From Selaginella moellendorffii (taxonomy: Eukaryota; Plantae; Lycopodiophyta), in assembly GCF_000143415.4 (NCBI RefSeq), contig NW_003314297.1, forward strand, positions 1 through 64,000: a DNA stretch of 64,000 nt, given 5' to 3'. The notes beneath the pieces are model-generated. The model saw only the letters and a program-made list of their open reading frames with translations. It had not been told where the DNA came from and did no database searches. Shown here piece by piece: positions 25,358 to 38,335 of this stretch; the first letter of the stretch is position 1; each line of letters begins with the position of its first letter. A program made the translations under genes and the position numbers.

Positions 25358-26439
25358 TCAAATTGTGAACATGGATTTGGCTTCGTTAGCAGCCTTTGCC
25401 TGAATTTCCTTCTTCATCCCAGATATGACGCTTATTCTCGGTTTAAACTTGCGGTAGGAAAACTCTGCACAGCATAAACAACACAATAGAGGCAAACAAA
25501 ATGACTAAAGTACATGGTTACCTCCAGTAATGCCATTAGTTTCCTTTTCCACGCCTAAGACGAGCGTGCTATCAGCCCAAACAGTCAGCTGCAGATGGTA
25601 CAACTATATCACAAAATGAAATAAAAAACGTTAATGGCACTGTTGTATCAAAGTTTCCTGCTAACCTTAAAGAGCTTATCTATGGAGTCTGGATATCTCA
25701 GCACACCAATATCAACCAGGGTCTTCTCATGATACTTGTGCTTGTAGATTGTTAAGAACTTCGGGACAGCAGAGCCTGCATATGCCACAATCTGAGGGAG
25801 TGCATCAGATTGAATCCTGGTAGAAGCAAGTACGTCATTGTCCTGGATAAGTTTCTCAAAGAACCATGTCTTCAGCTGTTCGAGGGAAGAACAATTATAT
25901 AATACAATTCCAACATGAGACAAGGATTAAACTGCTTTACCTCCTGGCAAACTTCAGGTCGCAGAGATTTATCAAACTGGAAGTAGTTTGTGTCGTCTCT
26001 TATATACTTGTCTGACCTCCTGATTCCTGCATCTACTGGCTCAAGGAACGGATTCTGCGACATGACCGACTCTACTTTGCTCCATGTACGTGCTGTGCCA
26101 TCCAACTTCGAAATCACCCTGTTTGTTCCAGCAATAGAAATCAAGAGATTGGTGCCCAGACTCTTTATAGTTTCTGCATTCAGATCGCCAAAAGCTGGAG
26201 CTAAGGCAACATATAGGGAGCCTTGACCAGAAGAATCAGTCTGCAAAGGGTAAACTCAGTAAAAGACTTGTATCTGAACGACAAAGTCTACATACCTGGG
26301 AGAAATTAAACTTCGAAACAATATCTCCAATTTGATCGAAGGAACCGAAGATACTTTTGATGGTCGGAGCAGTCGCTTGCCCATTCACACAGAGAGCAGT
26401 AAGCAAAATCAAAAACGACGGCATTGCAACTGCCTTCAT
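25358..26439 (-). CDS. Secreted protein of unassigned family, paralog B (~280 aa, 5 exons)
   Basis: Exons 26439-26296, 26240-25941, 25875-25666, 25603-25522, 25464-25358. Intron positions and phases match paralog A. Shared motifs LAPA.G, RTW.KV.S...QNP.LEP, HEKT...IGVLRYPD, NGI.GEF..RKF.PR. The start could also be 26457 or 26424. Confidence 0.85.
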
Positions 26440-26901
26440 TTTGCAAACCGCACTCATTCTCAAAAACTTGCATCCGTTAAATACACACGTGCAATTTGTC
26501 CTTCAAATCCCCGTGGTGGTACCGCCACTTGCAAGCAACACTTTCTAAGTGCGGAATTTTAAACGATAACCAAATCATTCAACCAACAGCGATATAGAAA
26601 CATCGTATCAAAGTTTGAGAATCAAAAGAACAATAAAATTATGAACAATCACCAGAAGAACCTTCACAATGCACTGCTTGAACAATGGACTTGAGCACCA
26701 CTTTTTTTGCATCCTGGAAACCGAGCATCCTTCTAGAATATTCTTGAATAAGTAATTAAAAAAACAAACTTTTCATATTAATTGGAATTACTGCTTGGAA
26801 AGCAATTGCAATCCGGAAATGTCAGGTATGGGGAAAAAATGTCCTTTTTGTGCCCCGATGTCTCTCTACGCCAACGTCTCTTCAAGCGAAAAACGGAAAC
26901 C

Positions 26902-28814
26902 TCAAAGCTCGTCCTGAAAAAACACACGCACATTGTGAACACACACAGCTACCGAATGAACAGAGAGGATGCTTACATGCTCCTTTGTGTCTTGTGTGTC
27001 CTCTTCCTTGTCCTCCTTGACATCCGAGTCGTCCTGCAAAGTGACAAGATCAATACCATGGAGGGCTCTTTTTCTTTACCTCGTCGTCGTCGTCGTCGGC
27101 CGGCGGTTCATCCTAAAGACGGGACACCCAAGTCAATTTAAACAATATAATTTTGGTCGCAAGGATCCTTTACCTTTTTCTGTGCTTCCTCGAATGCTTT
27201 CTTCTCGGCCTCCTTGCTCTTTCCCCATGTCTCCTCCGCCAGGGCCTTGGCATAATCGACATCGTCGCTTACGAGAATGTTGTCAAAGAGAGATCCTGAC
27301 TTGACCTGCAGTTCAACAGGAGGAGTCACGTAAACCGGACAACAAACCGGACAACAGTGTCTTGCCTGCCAGAGTTCAATTCCAACGTATTTCAATGAAG
27401 GGAAGACGTATAGCTCTGGGTCTGGCTTGTAATCTATTACAATAAAAGAGCTCGTCAATTTATCACCTCTGGAAATGTTGCTGATTAACCTACCAGGATT
27501 GTCAATCATTGGAGCCTTCCACTTTCCCTTGAAAGCAGGATTCTTGATTTTCTACAGAGGGAACGAAAAATTACTCAGAGTAAAAAAAAGTTTTCATCAG
27601 TACCTTCGGTTCCCAGGGGCCCTTGTATTCGGGATTTGGAATCGTCGGAGGAGTCCACACACCGTCCTCCTCGTCATCCCATCCTTCGGGCTGTGAAATG
27701 AGAAAGACAAGATAAGATACATACACAAAACAAAGCTAAAATCTTTTACCTTTTCAGCCTCAGCATCGGGAATCTCTGCTGGAATGTCATCATAACCCTG
27801 AGAAGAAAGAAAGAGAAACTCAGCGGTGTAAAGTCCACAACTCGGCTATGTAGAACGTTACCTCTGGTTTCTTGTCTTCCGGGTCAACAATGAATTCATC
27901 ATCAACCCAATCCTCGGGCTGCCAACAAGACCATACGTTACTACTCAGAAACGAACAGAAAAAAACAGACCTTCTTGGCCTCGGGATCCTTGATCTTCTT
28001 TGGTGGCAAAAGACTCCAGTCGCTCTCAATGCTTCCCTGTTTCTTCTCTACATTGTCGATCAAAATGCTGTACGTAGAATCGGGACGAATAACCAGAGTG
28101 TAGACGTGAGTGAGCTGGTCTGTTTCGCATGGCACTTCCTTTTTCATTTGATGGTTGCTTGCATTGTAAGCAATAATGGCGTGGGTTTTCTTCGTGCCCG
28201 ACCCACAAATGTCCGGTCCAAACATAATACTGTAAGGAAATAGCCCACGAACAAACCATGAGCAAGATTTCCAATTAAAAAGAAGAAAAAGAATACCTGT
28301 AAGGCGTATCACCACCAAAAGTCTTTTGATCCACATCTCCACCCAGAATTTTGATGTATCCACCTCCGCAATCGAGATTTTGCTCGTGCTTAACGGAGAA
28401 TTGGACAACCAGAGTCTTGTCCTTGTTACTGAACTCTGGGAATTCGGCCGAGATTGCGTAGAAGCGCGCGTCTGGAGACGTCTGGATGCCTGTAAAGCCG
28501 AAGCTGTAACACAAATCTTCCTTCACAAAACCCAATGGGTACCTTTGTCTGCCTCCGCATCGCCAAACCACTTGCCGGCGGTGTGGATCCACTCGCCAGC
28601 GGCATCTTCACTCTTCTTCCAGTCGGATTTCACCCAGCGGCTCTCCCAAGAATCTAGAATTTACACACACAAGATCATCAATTTGACCAACAGATCGAGA
28701 GAATGCCGCTGGATCGAAATTACCATCGAATCTCTCCTCAAAGAAGACCTTCGCGTGGCAAAGGCTGGAAAGAAGGAGCAGCAGAAAGACGGAAGACGCG
28801 CACCGAGCCTCCAT
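26902..28814 (-). CDS. CRT: Calreticulin (multi-exon)
   Basis: Signal peptide, [49 protein letters not shown]|[13 protein letters not shown]-terminal HDEL split by the last intron. Confidence 0.96.
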
Positions 28815-28942
28815 CGCTGTAAACCCTAGCTCCAAAACCCTGGATTTAAAGCCGCAGTGCTTCTAACAGATCAGGATTAAAGGCGGCCTCTTTTAGGTTC
28901 AAGACATCCGGCCAATCACAATGCGGGCCATAGGTGGCCCGA

Positions 28943-28964
28943 CCAATGGGCGCGTGCCACGTCA
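28943..28964. promoter_or_regulatory. ERSE (CCAAT-N9-CCACG) overlapping UPRE (CCACGTCA) upstream of calreticulin
   Basis: CCAATGGGCGCGTGCCACGTCA, ~130 bp upstream of the CRT ATG; extra CCAAT at ~28912. Confidence 0.75.
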
Positions 28965-29036
28965 TTCCTCACAGCACCCGGCATTCGTTTATATATGTAT
29001 AATATAATATACGAGCAGAAGATCGTTCGCTTGCTT

Positions 29037-32000
29037 TTAGTTGAAAAAATACGGCGACGATAAAACTTCCTTGAGATCTAAATCCCCACGCACGGGGAGA
29101 TCTGGAAATTTAAGCTTGGGCCAACGTTTCTGGAAACTCTCTAGCAACTGCAAGGAAAAAAGAAAAAATCGTTGGATCCATGGCACTATAACGTGAGAGA
29201 GACGAGCCTTACGTTTTCTAGAATTGGCTGCTCGTAGAGCTCCACGAATTTCTCCCTCAGTATGACGTTCATGCGCTCCACGTCTCCGGCATGCGTCCAA
29301 AACGAGTCATGGACCCCTGTGCATGAGAAAAATCGGGTTTTGTTCTTCGTGGAGAAAATTTGAAGTACCTGCGAAGGTGAGCCCGGCCTCCTGGCACGCC
29401 ACGGCGGTCATCATCATATGCGACCCATCCATGGAATGCACAAAGTTTGGTGGGAACGCGCTGCGCTGCCTCGCTGCCAACACCTGGTTTTTGAGTAAGA
29501 GTCAAGCGATCAGAAACGTGAAAGAGAAGAGAAAACTGGAACCATACCGGTTGATCCGTATCCGTTCTTAGAATAAGACATTGGAGACAAGTTTTCACCT
29601 TGCGAAGGAAATCAATCATGTGAGCCAACGAGAAGATGGTGGAACGTCAAAGTATATGATCGCATACCACATGTCTCCCGGGCCTGCGGTATGGTTGCAC
29701 GACAGGAAGTCCCAAAGGAGTGATCCACCTCACGGAGTCGCCGTCGTTGGCAATTACCTGCAACAGTGGAACTCGAGAGGAGTCCTCTTAACAAAAACCT
29801 GGAGATACCTTTGCGCACTGGCCTAGCCAATTCATAATGAGCCTTGCCTCGCCAAACATTTCGCCAAGCGCGTTCAGAGTTACCTATCGGAGCATGAACA
29901 GTTAGAAAAGCTTGAAAGTAAAAGGAAAGTTTTCGAGAGATGATACCTTAGCAGCGTAGCAACCAGTACGGTACAAGGTCGGCTCATCTAATATGAAGCC
30001 CTTGTCCCTAAGTCTGTTTGTTATTTGGTTACGTGCTCCAACGTATGTCACGCCGTAAACCGAAGTCATCACTGTCTGTTTCACTAGTTTCCTATCCACC
30101 TGTGACCGAAGAATTGATGAGAAAGGTAAAGAAAACCGAAATGGATACTCACATGTCCTACTAATAATTTGGCATAAACTGCGGCTGGATCTTTGCGTGC
30201 GTCCTCCTCCACTAGTGTACGTACACTGATCAAACAAAACTCTTATCAGTAACCGAGAATCTTGCAGTTGTTCAAAAGCTATACCGGGCGGCTATGCCTG
30301 AATATACATCTGCAGGATAATCCGCGCCTATTAAGTTCACTGCTCTGGCGCCAGTCTGCAAGTAAGATCATAAGCGATATATCCAAGTATCAAAATGAGC
30401 GGCTTACTTTGTCTCGTCCAAGAGCTGCATAGTGTTGGAGACCGTTGCAAGATCCATCCTAAACGTAAGACACGAAATCGAAATCAGTCATTAGGAAATG
30501 CTCGAGTACCTGATGAACTGGAAGATGAGAAATGTAGTACTCCGGGTTTGGAGAATGCATCGCATTTCTCAGGTCGATGCACGCAGCTAAGCACTGGAAT
30601 GGATCTTCCGCTTTTAACCACCAACGATTTTTCAAAGGCTGGTTTGCAGAAGCTACAACGTGTTCCAAGTTACTCTCTGCAAATGCCACCCTTCCATCGA
30701 AGGGTAGCTTATCAGCTCCATTAGCGAAGACATTGGCAATGTGTATCTTGAGCCAACGTAGACCTGTCGGCCCTAGAGGACGTCCCTTAGCAAACAGTAA
30801 CATACCGCGGCACACATCAGAACCCAAATGGTTCAAATGCGCATGCATAGGATAGGCACGACCACGAAAGTCCAAATTATGTGGATAATAGAAACATTCT
30901 TCGTCCTTCAGTGATCGAGCAACCTGCAAACACCTTTCAGAGAGAGAAAGAGAAAAAAACAAAACAGAGCGACAAGAAAAACATACCGCCAGCTTCAGCT
31001 CGAGATCGCACCGTTGAGAATTCCTCTCACTGTTTGTGCGCTTACCTTTATAAAAAACTTTCCTCCAGCTCCTCATCTCAGCTTCATCCTCGGTATTAGG
31101 CTTGGGTGGCAATGGCACCTAAAAGATCACGCACGGCTCGCATAAATGAGACAAAACATATTCATCACTCACATCTTTTCGGTCCACAAGGCCACCTATT
31201 CCACCTCCCGCGCTCCAAAGCTTTTCTATAACTTCAAAAACCTCCTTGTTAATTTTCCAGGATGCCGCTCCCAAGGTGTCGAGTGCCTAAGAAAAAGTTT
31301 GTTAAATAAAGATATTTTGAGGCTTCACAGATACCCGAAAAACTTGCTGCAGTTGTGCTCTTGGTGTGTTTCGCACAGCTTCTCTTTGCTGTTTAGAACC
31401 GTGTGTCCGCATTATAACGGACCGCAGGTGCAGGTATGCTCCATTGTGATAACTAGAGAATGTAAAATATTAAGAAGAAACAGAATACGAATAAAACGTA
31501 TTTACCCTTTCCAAGCTCGAGGAGGAATTAGCATGGGCATGTATGGCATAACTATAAATTTGGCCTGTGGAAAAAGAACGGTCAGCTCTGGCAACAAAAA
31601 CTCAACAGCTGAAATACCGAGTCATCGATTCGACCCCTCAAATGAGGATCGCATACTATTGCTCCGTAGCTACGCAGAAGCCTGTATGCGAAGGAAAAGA
31701 AATATGAATAAATTGTTTGATTTTTAGAAAATGTGGATGACGCTTACCCTCCCTTTGGTACCTTGAGTACATGTCTAAAAGCAGGCCGAATCTCGGTGCC
31801 ATCTTCGGGACAGTCACTTACTGGAACATTGATGTGTGAATTTGACATCATAATGTCGATAAGGCGGCATCCCAACTGCATGTGTTACACAGGTTCATTT
31901 CAACAAAACGAATCAAAACATGAAAACTTACGTACTTTAGCTTGAATAAACGACGGCCAGGGCTGTGATGGATCCAAGGACTTCAATATCTCCTTGACAT

Positions 32001-33075
32001 TCCTGGGCCTTTCTATGATAGCTCTCCTCAGCTTGTCTTTCAAGTACTCTTTCTTTTCTTCTTCTGGAGTAGGAGGCTCCGCCTCCTCGGCAAGTTCTTT
32101 CGGCTTTCTTTTCTTTAGTGCCCTGCGGATTTTGATCTAGAGGAAAACAAAACGTGAGGATTAAAATTGTAAAACTCGAAGTTGACATACCTCTTGTTCC
32201 ACTGCGTCACCAATAAGAACAGCAGTGTTTGCAAGTCTAATGCATCCGCTATCAACGTCTTGCATCATCAGCGCGACGAGCCTGTGCATCGTGATCACCG
32301 CAAGAACATCAGCAGTGAGGCCAGCTCCTTTCAAAAGTGGTCCATAGTGACTCCTGTCTTCACCAGGCTCCTCCTTCTCGATGGCCTTGAGCTCCTTTGC
32401 AATCTCGTCGCGAACCGGCTCAAACCAGCTGACCATCAAAGACTTTGCAAACGGCAGATTCGGCGCTAGCTTCTTCCGGCACATCTCCACGAGAATCTTC
32501 CTGTACTCCCTCACCGCAGCATCCCAAGCATCCAGCTCGAGCTTCTGCTGCCTGTTGAAAAGCCGCCTTGCTCTAGCTCTAGCCGCCTTGAGAGCCTTGC
32601 CACCTTCAAACTTGGAAGACCTCTCGAGGGAGATGTCGTGAATCTCTTCCAGTTCCGGAAGAACACCGACCTCCTCCTCCTCTCCGAAACACGCCTCGGT
32701 AGCGACCGCCTTGAGCTGGAAAGGCCATTTCTGGTCGATCCGAAACACCGTCCTGGACGAGCTCTCCCCGTCGGGAGGGAGGATTTGGAGCAGTGGATTG
32801 CTGAAGAGCGGGAGCTGGATCACACTGCTCAGTGCCGCGTCCAAAGTTGTCAAGCTGTGCTCCAGAGGAGCCGCCGCCGCCGAGTAGCTGCAGGGACGGC
32901 TTCTATCGCTGCTGCGTAGCTGACTGTAAGCTGTGCTAGCGTGGATGTGCAAGCTCAAATCTGTGAGCTCGTGAAAGCTCTCTGGCCCGGCAGCTGTGGT
33001 GTTCCATCGATAGAAGTCTGCTCGTCCTGTTCTAAGTCCCCTGTGCTTGAGCCGCCCGCCGGCTGCTCTCCACAT
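29037..33075 (-). CDS. RpoT: Nuclear-encoded phage (T7)-type organellar RNA polymerase (multi-exon)
   Basis: MWRAA transit peptide; [86 protein letters not shown]; ends SPYFFN. Confidence 0.96.
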
Positions 33076-33809
33076 GACGGCGCGGCTTAAGCTCTCGTGC
33101 CTTGTGACGCATGCACCCTCGAAATCCCCCGCCGCTGCTACCGCTGCTCTCGCTCGATCGCCCGAGCAAAGAAAACCTTGAGCAGATGTTTGCAGCAAGA
33201 ATCACAGTACCTGAGGCAGCAGCAACTCCGGGCACCGCAGAGGAAGAGGTTTCCAGCAGCAGCGCCAGTGAGCACAAACCTAGAATCGCAATGCCGGATC
33301 AATCGTCGCGCCGTGACCTCGCAACAAAGAATGCCGCGCCTCCAGCGGCATATTTCGTGATCCTAGCGCTCCACCTGCGGCACCTCCATAGAGCTGGTCT
33401 TCGCAATGGCGGCTTGGCAGGGTTTAGGGTTTACAGCAATACCCGTACGAGTGAGAAGTTGCCGTACGAGTGTTTAAAAAGAACAGCCAAAACTATGATC
33501 ATAGCACCGAGTAGAACAATATCTATCAGCTCAAAATATTGCAAGTAGCACCCTTTCTGTTACATGAAAAAAAAGGAGAAAAAATTGTGAGCTGTTTTGA
33601 AAAGATACCAAAACCCAAGAGATTGAAAATGGTCTTAGTTGTGATTTCTTTCTCTCGCGACCAACGCTTTCAGTGTCAGCTGAAAAGGGGAAAGGAGCGC
33701 CAAAGAGCATTAGAATATATGCTCAGTTTGGGAGCTTACCTCTGCTACGAAGGGAATTGGCACAAACCATGGCTAAAGCCAAGGAATGTAGTATATGAAA
33801 CAAGAAGAA

Positions 33810-35379
33810 TTAAATTCCTTCGTTTGTAACAACAGCTTCTTCCGATTTTTGGATAGAGCTTTGGGATTGCTCGTCATTTTCGCCCTCCACCTCTACAATC
33901 TCGGTCACTGCCACCACTCCCACGAGAACCGTTATATCATCTAGCTTTCCACCTGCGAAAGAGAAAGAAACAAAGAAGCCTGTTAGGATCACAAACCAGA
34001 TAAATGATTCCAAGGATTACTTCCGACCTGTAAGTTTTTCACCGAGAAGCTTGCGCCATATTGGCACGTCAAAGCCCTGCATAACAGCGAGCTGGGAGGA
34101 GAATACCATCATATGAAACTTAGAACCTGATATATAGCTTCGGTGCTGTAAGGGGATTCATACTTGGGATCCCTCGAATTCCTATTCGCCATGGTGGCTA
34201 GTGCTGTCGCTGAAAGCACGAAACCAAGTTAAGAACTCAATAGAGAAAGACCAATGTACCCGTTCTTTCAGCTGATTCTACATCCGTGACTTGGAACAAA
34301 GTCACTGTTGCCGCTATGTCGCGATCGAAAACATTATCAAAGAGACCATCAGATCCCATCACAACAACGTCCCCGGCCACGATTGTTATTTCATGGACCT
34401 GAAAATACGAAGAGTGAGCTTGCTGGGATTGCAGAAAATAATTTACCGCAGAATCTTCAGCCGTTTGGCCTCCAACTTCGGACGAGAACTGGTACGGGCA
34501 ATCGAAGTAGTGCTGTTGAGGAGAGGTTGCGAAAACTACCTTTCCTGCAGAAAAGAAGCCAGGGATTTCATTTCTAGAAAAGTAAACCAGCGAACATTAC
34601 CATCACGCACAAGTCTCAGGCCACAATCCCCAACGCTCGCAACTCTCAGTAGGCCTTCTGCTCCTAACAGAGTAGCTACAATGCTGCATGCTTTGGAGCT
34701 ACAAGTTGAAGCAAGTAATTTTTTATAAACCAGTTACTTACGCTGTAGCAGCTCCCTTTGACGACGTTGCGGCGTGTGCTTTGCCAAGGAGCACCTTTGG
34801 ATCGCCTCGAACCTATTCCAACGATTACTTAAAAGAAAAAAGACATCCTTTACGCAATACTTCTTCCGAAGTTACACTTTGTGCCAAGTGATTGACCAGC
34901 TCTTTCGAAAATAATGCAGGGTCGACATTCTCCTCGGCCCATCTATCACATAGTGGAAAAGTAAGAAAGCGTACATGGAAATTTTTACTCACCCAGAAAC
35001 ACCATCTGCGATACCGAACACACCACCATCGAAGTCACTGATGAAAAATGCATCCTCCCCTCCTTTCTCCACCTGTTTTGAATGTACTGAAAACTTGGAG
35101 AAAGCCAACAAGAAGGAACGCTTGCCTTGTCAGGATGAGGAATGACTTTAGCACCAATTGAAAGCTGAAACCGGAAGCTGGAAAACGAGAAACGATCACT
35201 ATAACAGAATAGGAAAGACGCGAAACATACCCTCTTCCTTGTTGCTCGACACTGTTCGTCACGGAACCAGCAATAGCAGAGGCAATTCGCACAGGCCTGG
35301 TTGAGCTGTGATCATCTCTCCTGCAATACCACCTCACCCCGTCAGCACAAGGAAGCCGGTTGCACAGGCTGAAAGCCAT
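33810..35379 (-). CDS. PBCP: Chloroplast PP2C phosphatase, PBCP (PSII core phosphatase)/PTC7-like
   Basis: KGGEDAFF, IADGVSG|WAEENVDPALFSKEL, CPYQLSSE, GSDGLFDNVFD, GFDVPIWRKLLGEKLT|GGKLDDITV. Confidence 0.82.
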
Positions 35380-35481
35380 AGCACCGAACAACCTTACAAA
35401 CAAAATCGCTATCAGCAACAAAAACTCGGTAAAAAACTTGGAAACAGAAAAGAAAACTTTGATAAAATCTGTTTTGCTCAA

Positions 35482-37832
35482 CTAGGAGCTGGCCTTGCTC
35501 CTGCTGCCCAGTGCACAAGCAGCAGACTCAACGTGCTTGATCAAAAACTCGTAGATTTTCCGCTTCAATCTGGCCAGCGTCTCTACAAGATGTAGATCCG
35601 GGACGTCTTCTTTCTCCGATGCAACCTGATCCAGCCAGTCGTTGACCCTTTTGAGCTGTGACAATATCGCTGCTAACTGGCTGTTCTCCAGCTCCTGCTT
35701 TATCTCCGAGCGGAAGCCTTTGTCCAGTGCCTCTTCCATGAACTTGAGGAACCAGCACTGCGATTCGAACCGGGTCATCTTGGCCAAGTCAGCCGTCTCC
35801 TTCACTCCGTCCCCCTTGCTCCAAACCGTCTCTCCAACACCGTCTCGGCTGGAAGTTTTTCCTTTCACACCCCCGGTGAGATTCCTGCGGACAAATGCCG
35901 ACGTAGCCTTCAACGGAGACGCGGTCCTTGAATTGTCTTTCTTCTCGTTGGCTGTCGGGGTGACTGAGGATAGCGCTCTTCGAGGTGACGCGGCCAAAGT
36001 CGCAGGCTGCTTCACTGGAGTGACCGACGAAGACAGGACGCGGGGCTTAACCGAGTTTCCTTCCACGACAATAACCGGATGCACCATATCTTTGGGCGTC
36101 AGCTTGCTGGCCTGGCCTTTGCAGTGCATTGAGAACGCCGATAAGTCACATGCCAATGCTGACTCCACCCAGTTCTTCGCATTCTTTGCCTTCTCCTCGA
36201 ACAAAGCATTTGAAAAGTTTATCTTCCCTCCTGACTGCTTCTCTGGAGTGGAGACAGCTTGCTGATTCACGAGTAGCGCTTCTGCGACGGCAGACGCCTG
36301 CTCAAGTGATCTGTGGAAGTTCAGAAACTTCTCTACGGTTGGTTGAGGTCTCTCCGGTCTGGAAAGATGACGTATCTCTACAAACATACTGCCAAAAAAG
36401 AAATAAAGGAGGTGTAAGGAGAGAAAAAATGTTTGCGCTTACTTCAAACTACGTATGACTGCTTCCGCCGCCGATGCTTCTTGAAGAGCTGCTACCGCTG
36501 CCAACGACGCCGCATTTCTCCTTTGCATTGCATCCTTAAAAAGAACAGTTACATGCAGTCAAGAACCTTGAGAGCTGCTCACCTTTGCAAAGTTAGCCAA
36601 GCCAGCTGGTAGATCGTCCCAAGACACGCTAGCCACATCGGGAGGAAAAGTCGTCGCAGTTTTGGCGCTAACTTGTACCTTCATGGGAGGCTTAAGAGAA
36701 TCCCCCTGCGGCGACAGCAATCCCTTGTCCTGGTTTCTGCTACTAGAAATAATTGGAATGGAAATCTGTTGAAAGTGCCACACTTCAATGAAGACCCGCA
36801 AAAATCCAAAGAGCTTACCTTCAAGTCAGGTTTTGATTGCTTCACCGTTGCAGCTTTGGCCTCCTTCTGAGCAAATGCACCCTCCCAGCTTTTGCGCAGT
36901 GTCCTGGAACCAGCAGCAACCAGATCGCTCAACTTCACTCCACCGCCGCCGAGTGACTTCCTCTTGTTGCTGTCAACTTTATGAACCTTGCTTGTGCTCG
37001 ATGATCTCTTGCTCACAGGAGACGGCTGCCTGGTCCGAGGAGATGTCAAAACGGGAACGTCGGAAGCACGTCTCCGTGGTCTAGGCGACTCCTTATCAGT
37101 CGCGGAATGGCGTCGCATTGGCGAAGTAGACATAGAACGAGCGCCAGTCCTCGGGCTTGGAATGGAGTCAAACACCCTCGACTTGACAATTCTTCCCTTC
37201 GAACGGCCCCTTTGTTCCTCATGGTTCGCCTGTCTCTCTTCGTCTATCTCCTCGCACGAATCAGGCTCGAGAGGCTTTTGTGAGAGACGCTCCGCAAGCT
37301 TGGCAGCAAAGGTCTCTGCGGACGACCGGTTATACCCTCTCGCCACCTTGTGACCGGAAGAGTATCCTCCTCCGCTTCCACTGCTCGATGACGAAGAGTC
37401 GGACTTGCTCGGGAAATCCTTCTCTTGGAGGAAGGACTGGAAGTGGGGAGGATTTCTTCCTCCCGAGGATGACATGACGAGGTCCTCCGGATCACCCACG
37501 CACTTGTGTCGGCCAGGGAGCGGTCTCACACCACGAAGAACCGGAACTGGCAATGCGTGCTCGAGCTTATCGACGTGAATGAACTGCCCCAGCTGGAGAC
37601 GATCGCTCAGTATGAGATCGTCGTCCTCCTCGGCGAGAGACACGTAGGTCGCATGCGAGGAATCCGAGACTTTGATGTAAAACCCCTGGTTGTGCCACAG
37701 ATCACTGCCCGCCAGCGCCGGGACGATCCCCACGACCTGGAGCAAAACCGAACGATACTGCCCGCCCAGCTTCACATCCGACTCGATGGATTGCAAGAGC
37801 TTGATCAGCACGCCCGGTGTCAATGCCGCCAT
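35482..37832 (-). CDS. DUF936 / CORD-family microtubule-associated protein
   Basis: [14 protein letters not shown]...[38 protein letters not shown]...[12 protein letters not shown]; C-terminal [20 protein letters not shown]. Confidence 0.9.
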
Positions 37833-38335
37833 GCCTGGCTCGCGATCCGCCGATCGATCGCCGATTTCGAGGCGCCGGAGCTTGATTATCACAATACCTC
37901 ACAGAGATCGCGACGAATCGCAGCGATCCAGCAGCGCTCCTCCTTGCTCCTCTCCCACAGGCGCATGCCCTGGAATCCTAGGGCTCAAGAAGAAGCCCGC
38001 CATCGTCATTCCTCCCCACCTTACACTGTCTGAGCCGGAATCTCCTCGGCGAAAACTGCGACGATGGGGGAATATTCGTCGGCTCTTAACATCCAGCCGG
38101 CCACGTGTACCCGGCGCAAAATGCAGCCGTTGGAAGGGTTTGAAATGCGCTTCATCGGTTCGAATCCGTGTGGCCCCAGCCTTCCCATCATGACTGCAAC
38201 GTGACATACGTTTGCGTTGTTACCCAGCGATTCCACGCTGGGCATTTTATATATTTTGCTTGTCAAGGAAAAAGAAAGATCCAATGATGGAAATTTTAAG
38301 CATAGAATTAGGAAGATTTTTTCTCTCATGGTCTT

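Noticed and set aside
33111-33548. 145-aa plus-strand ORF upstream of and antisense to RpoT
   Set aside because: GC-rich leader/promoter sequence with no protein signature.
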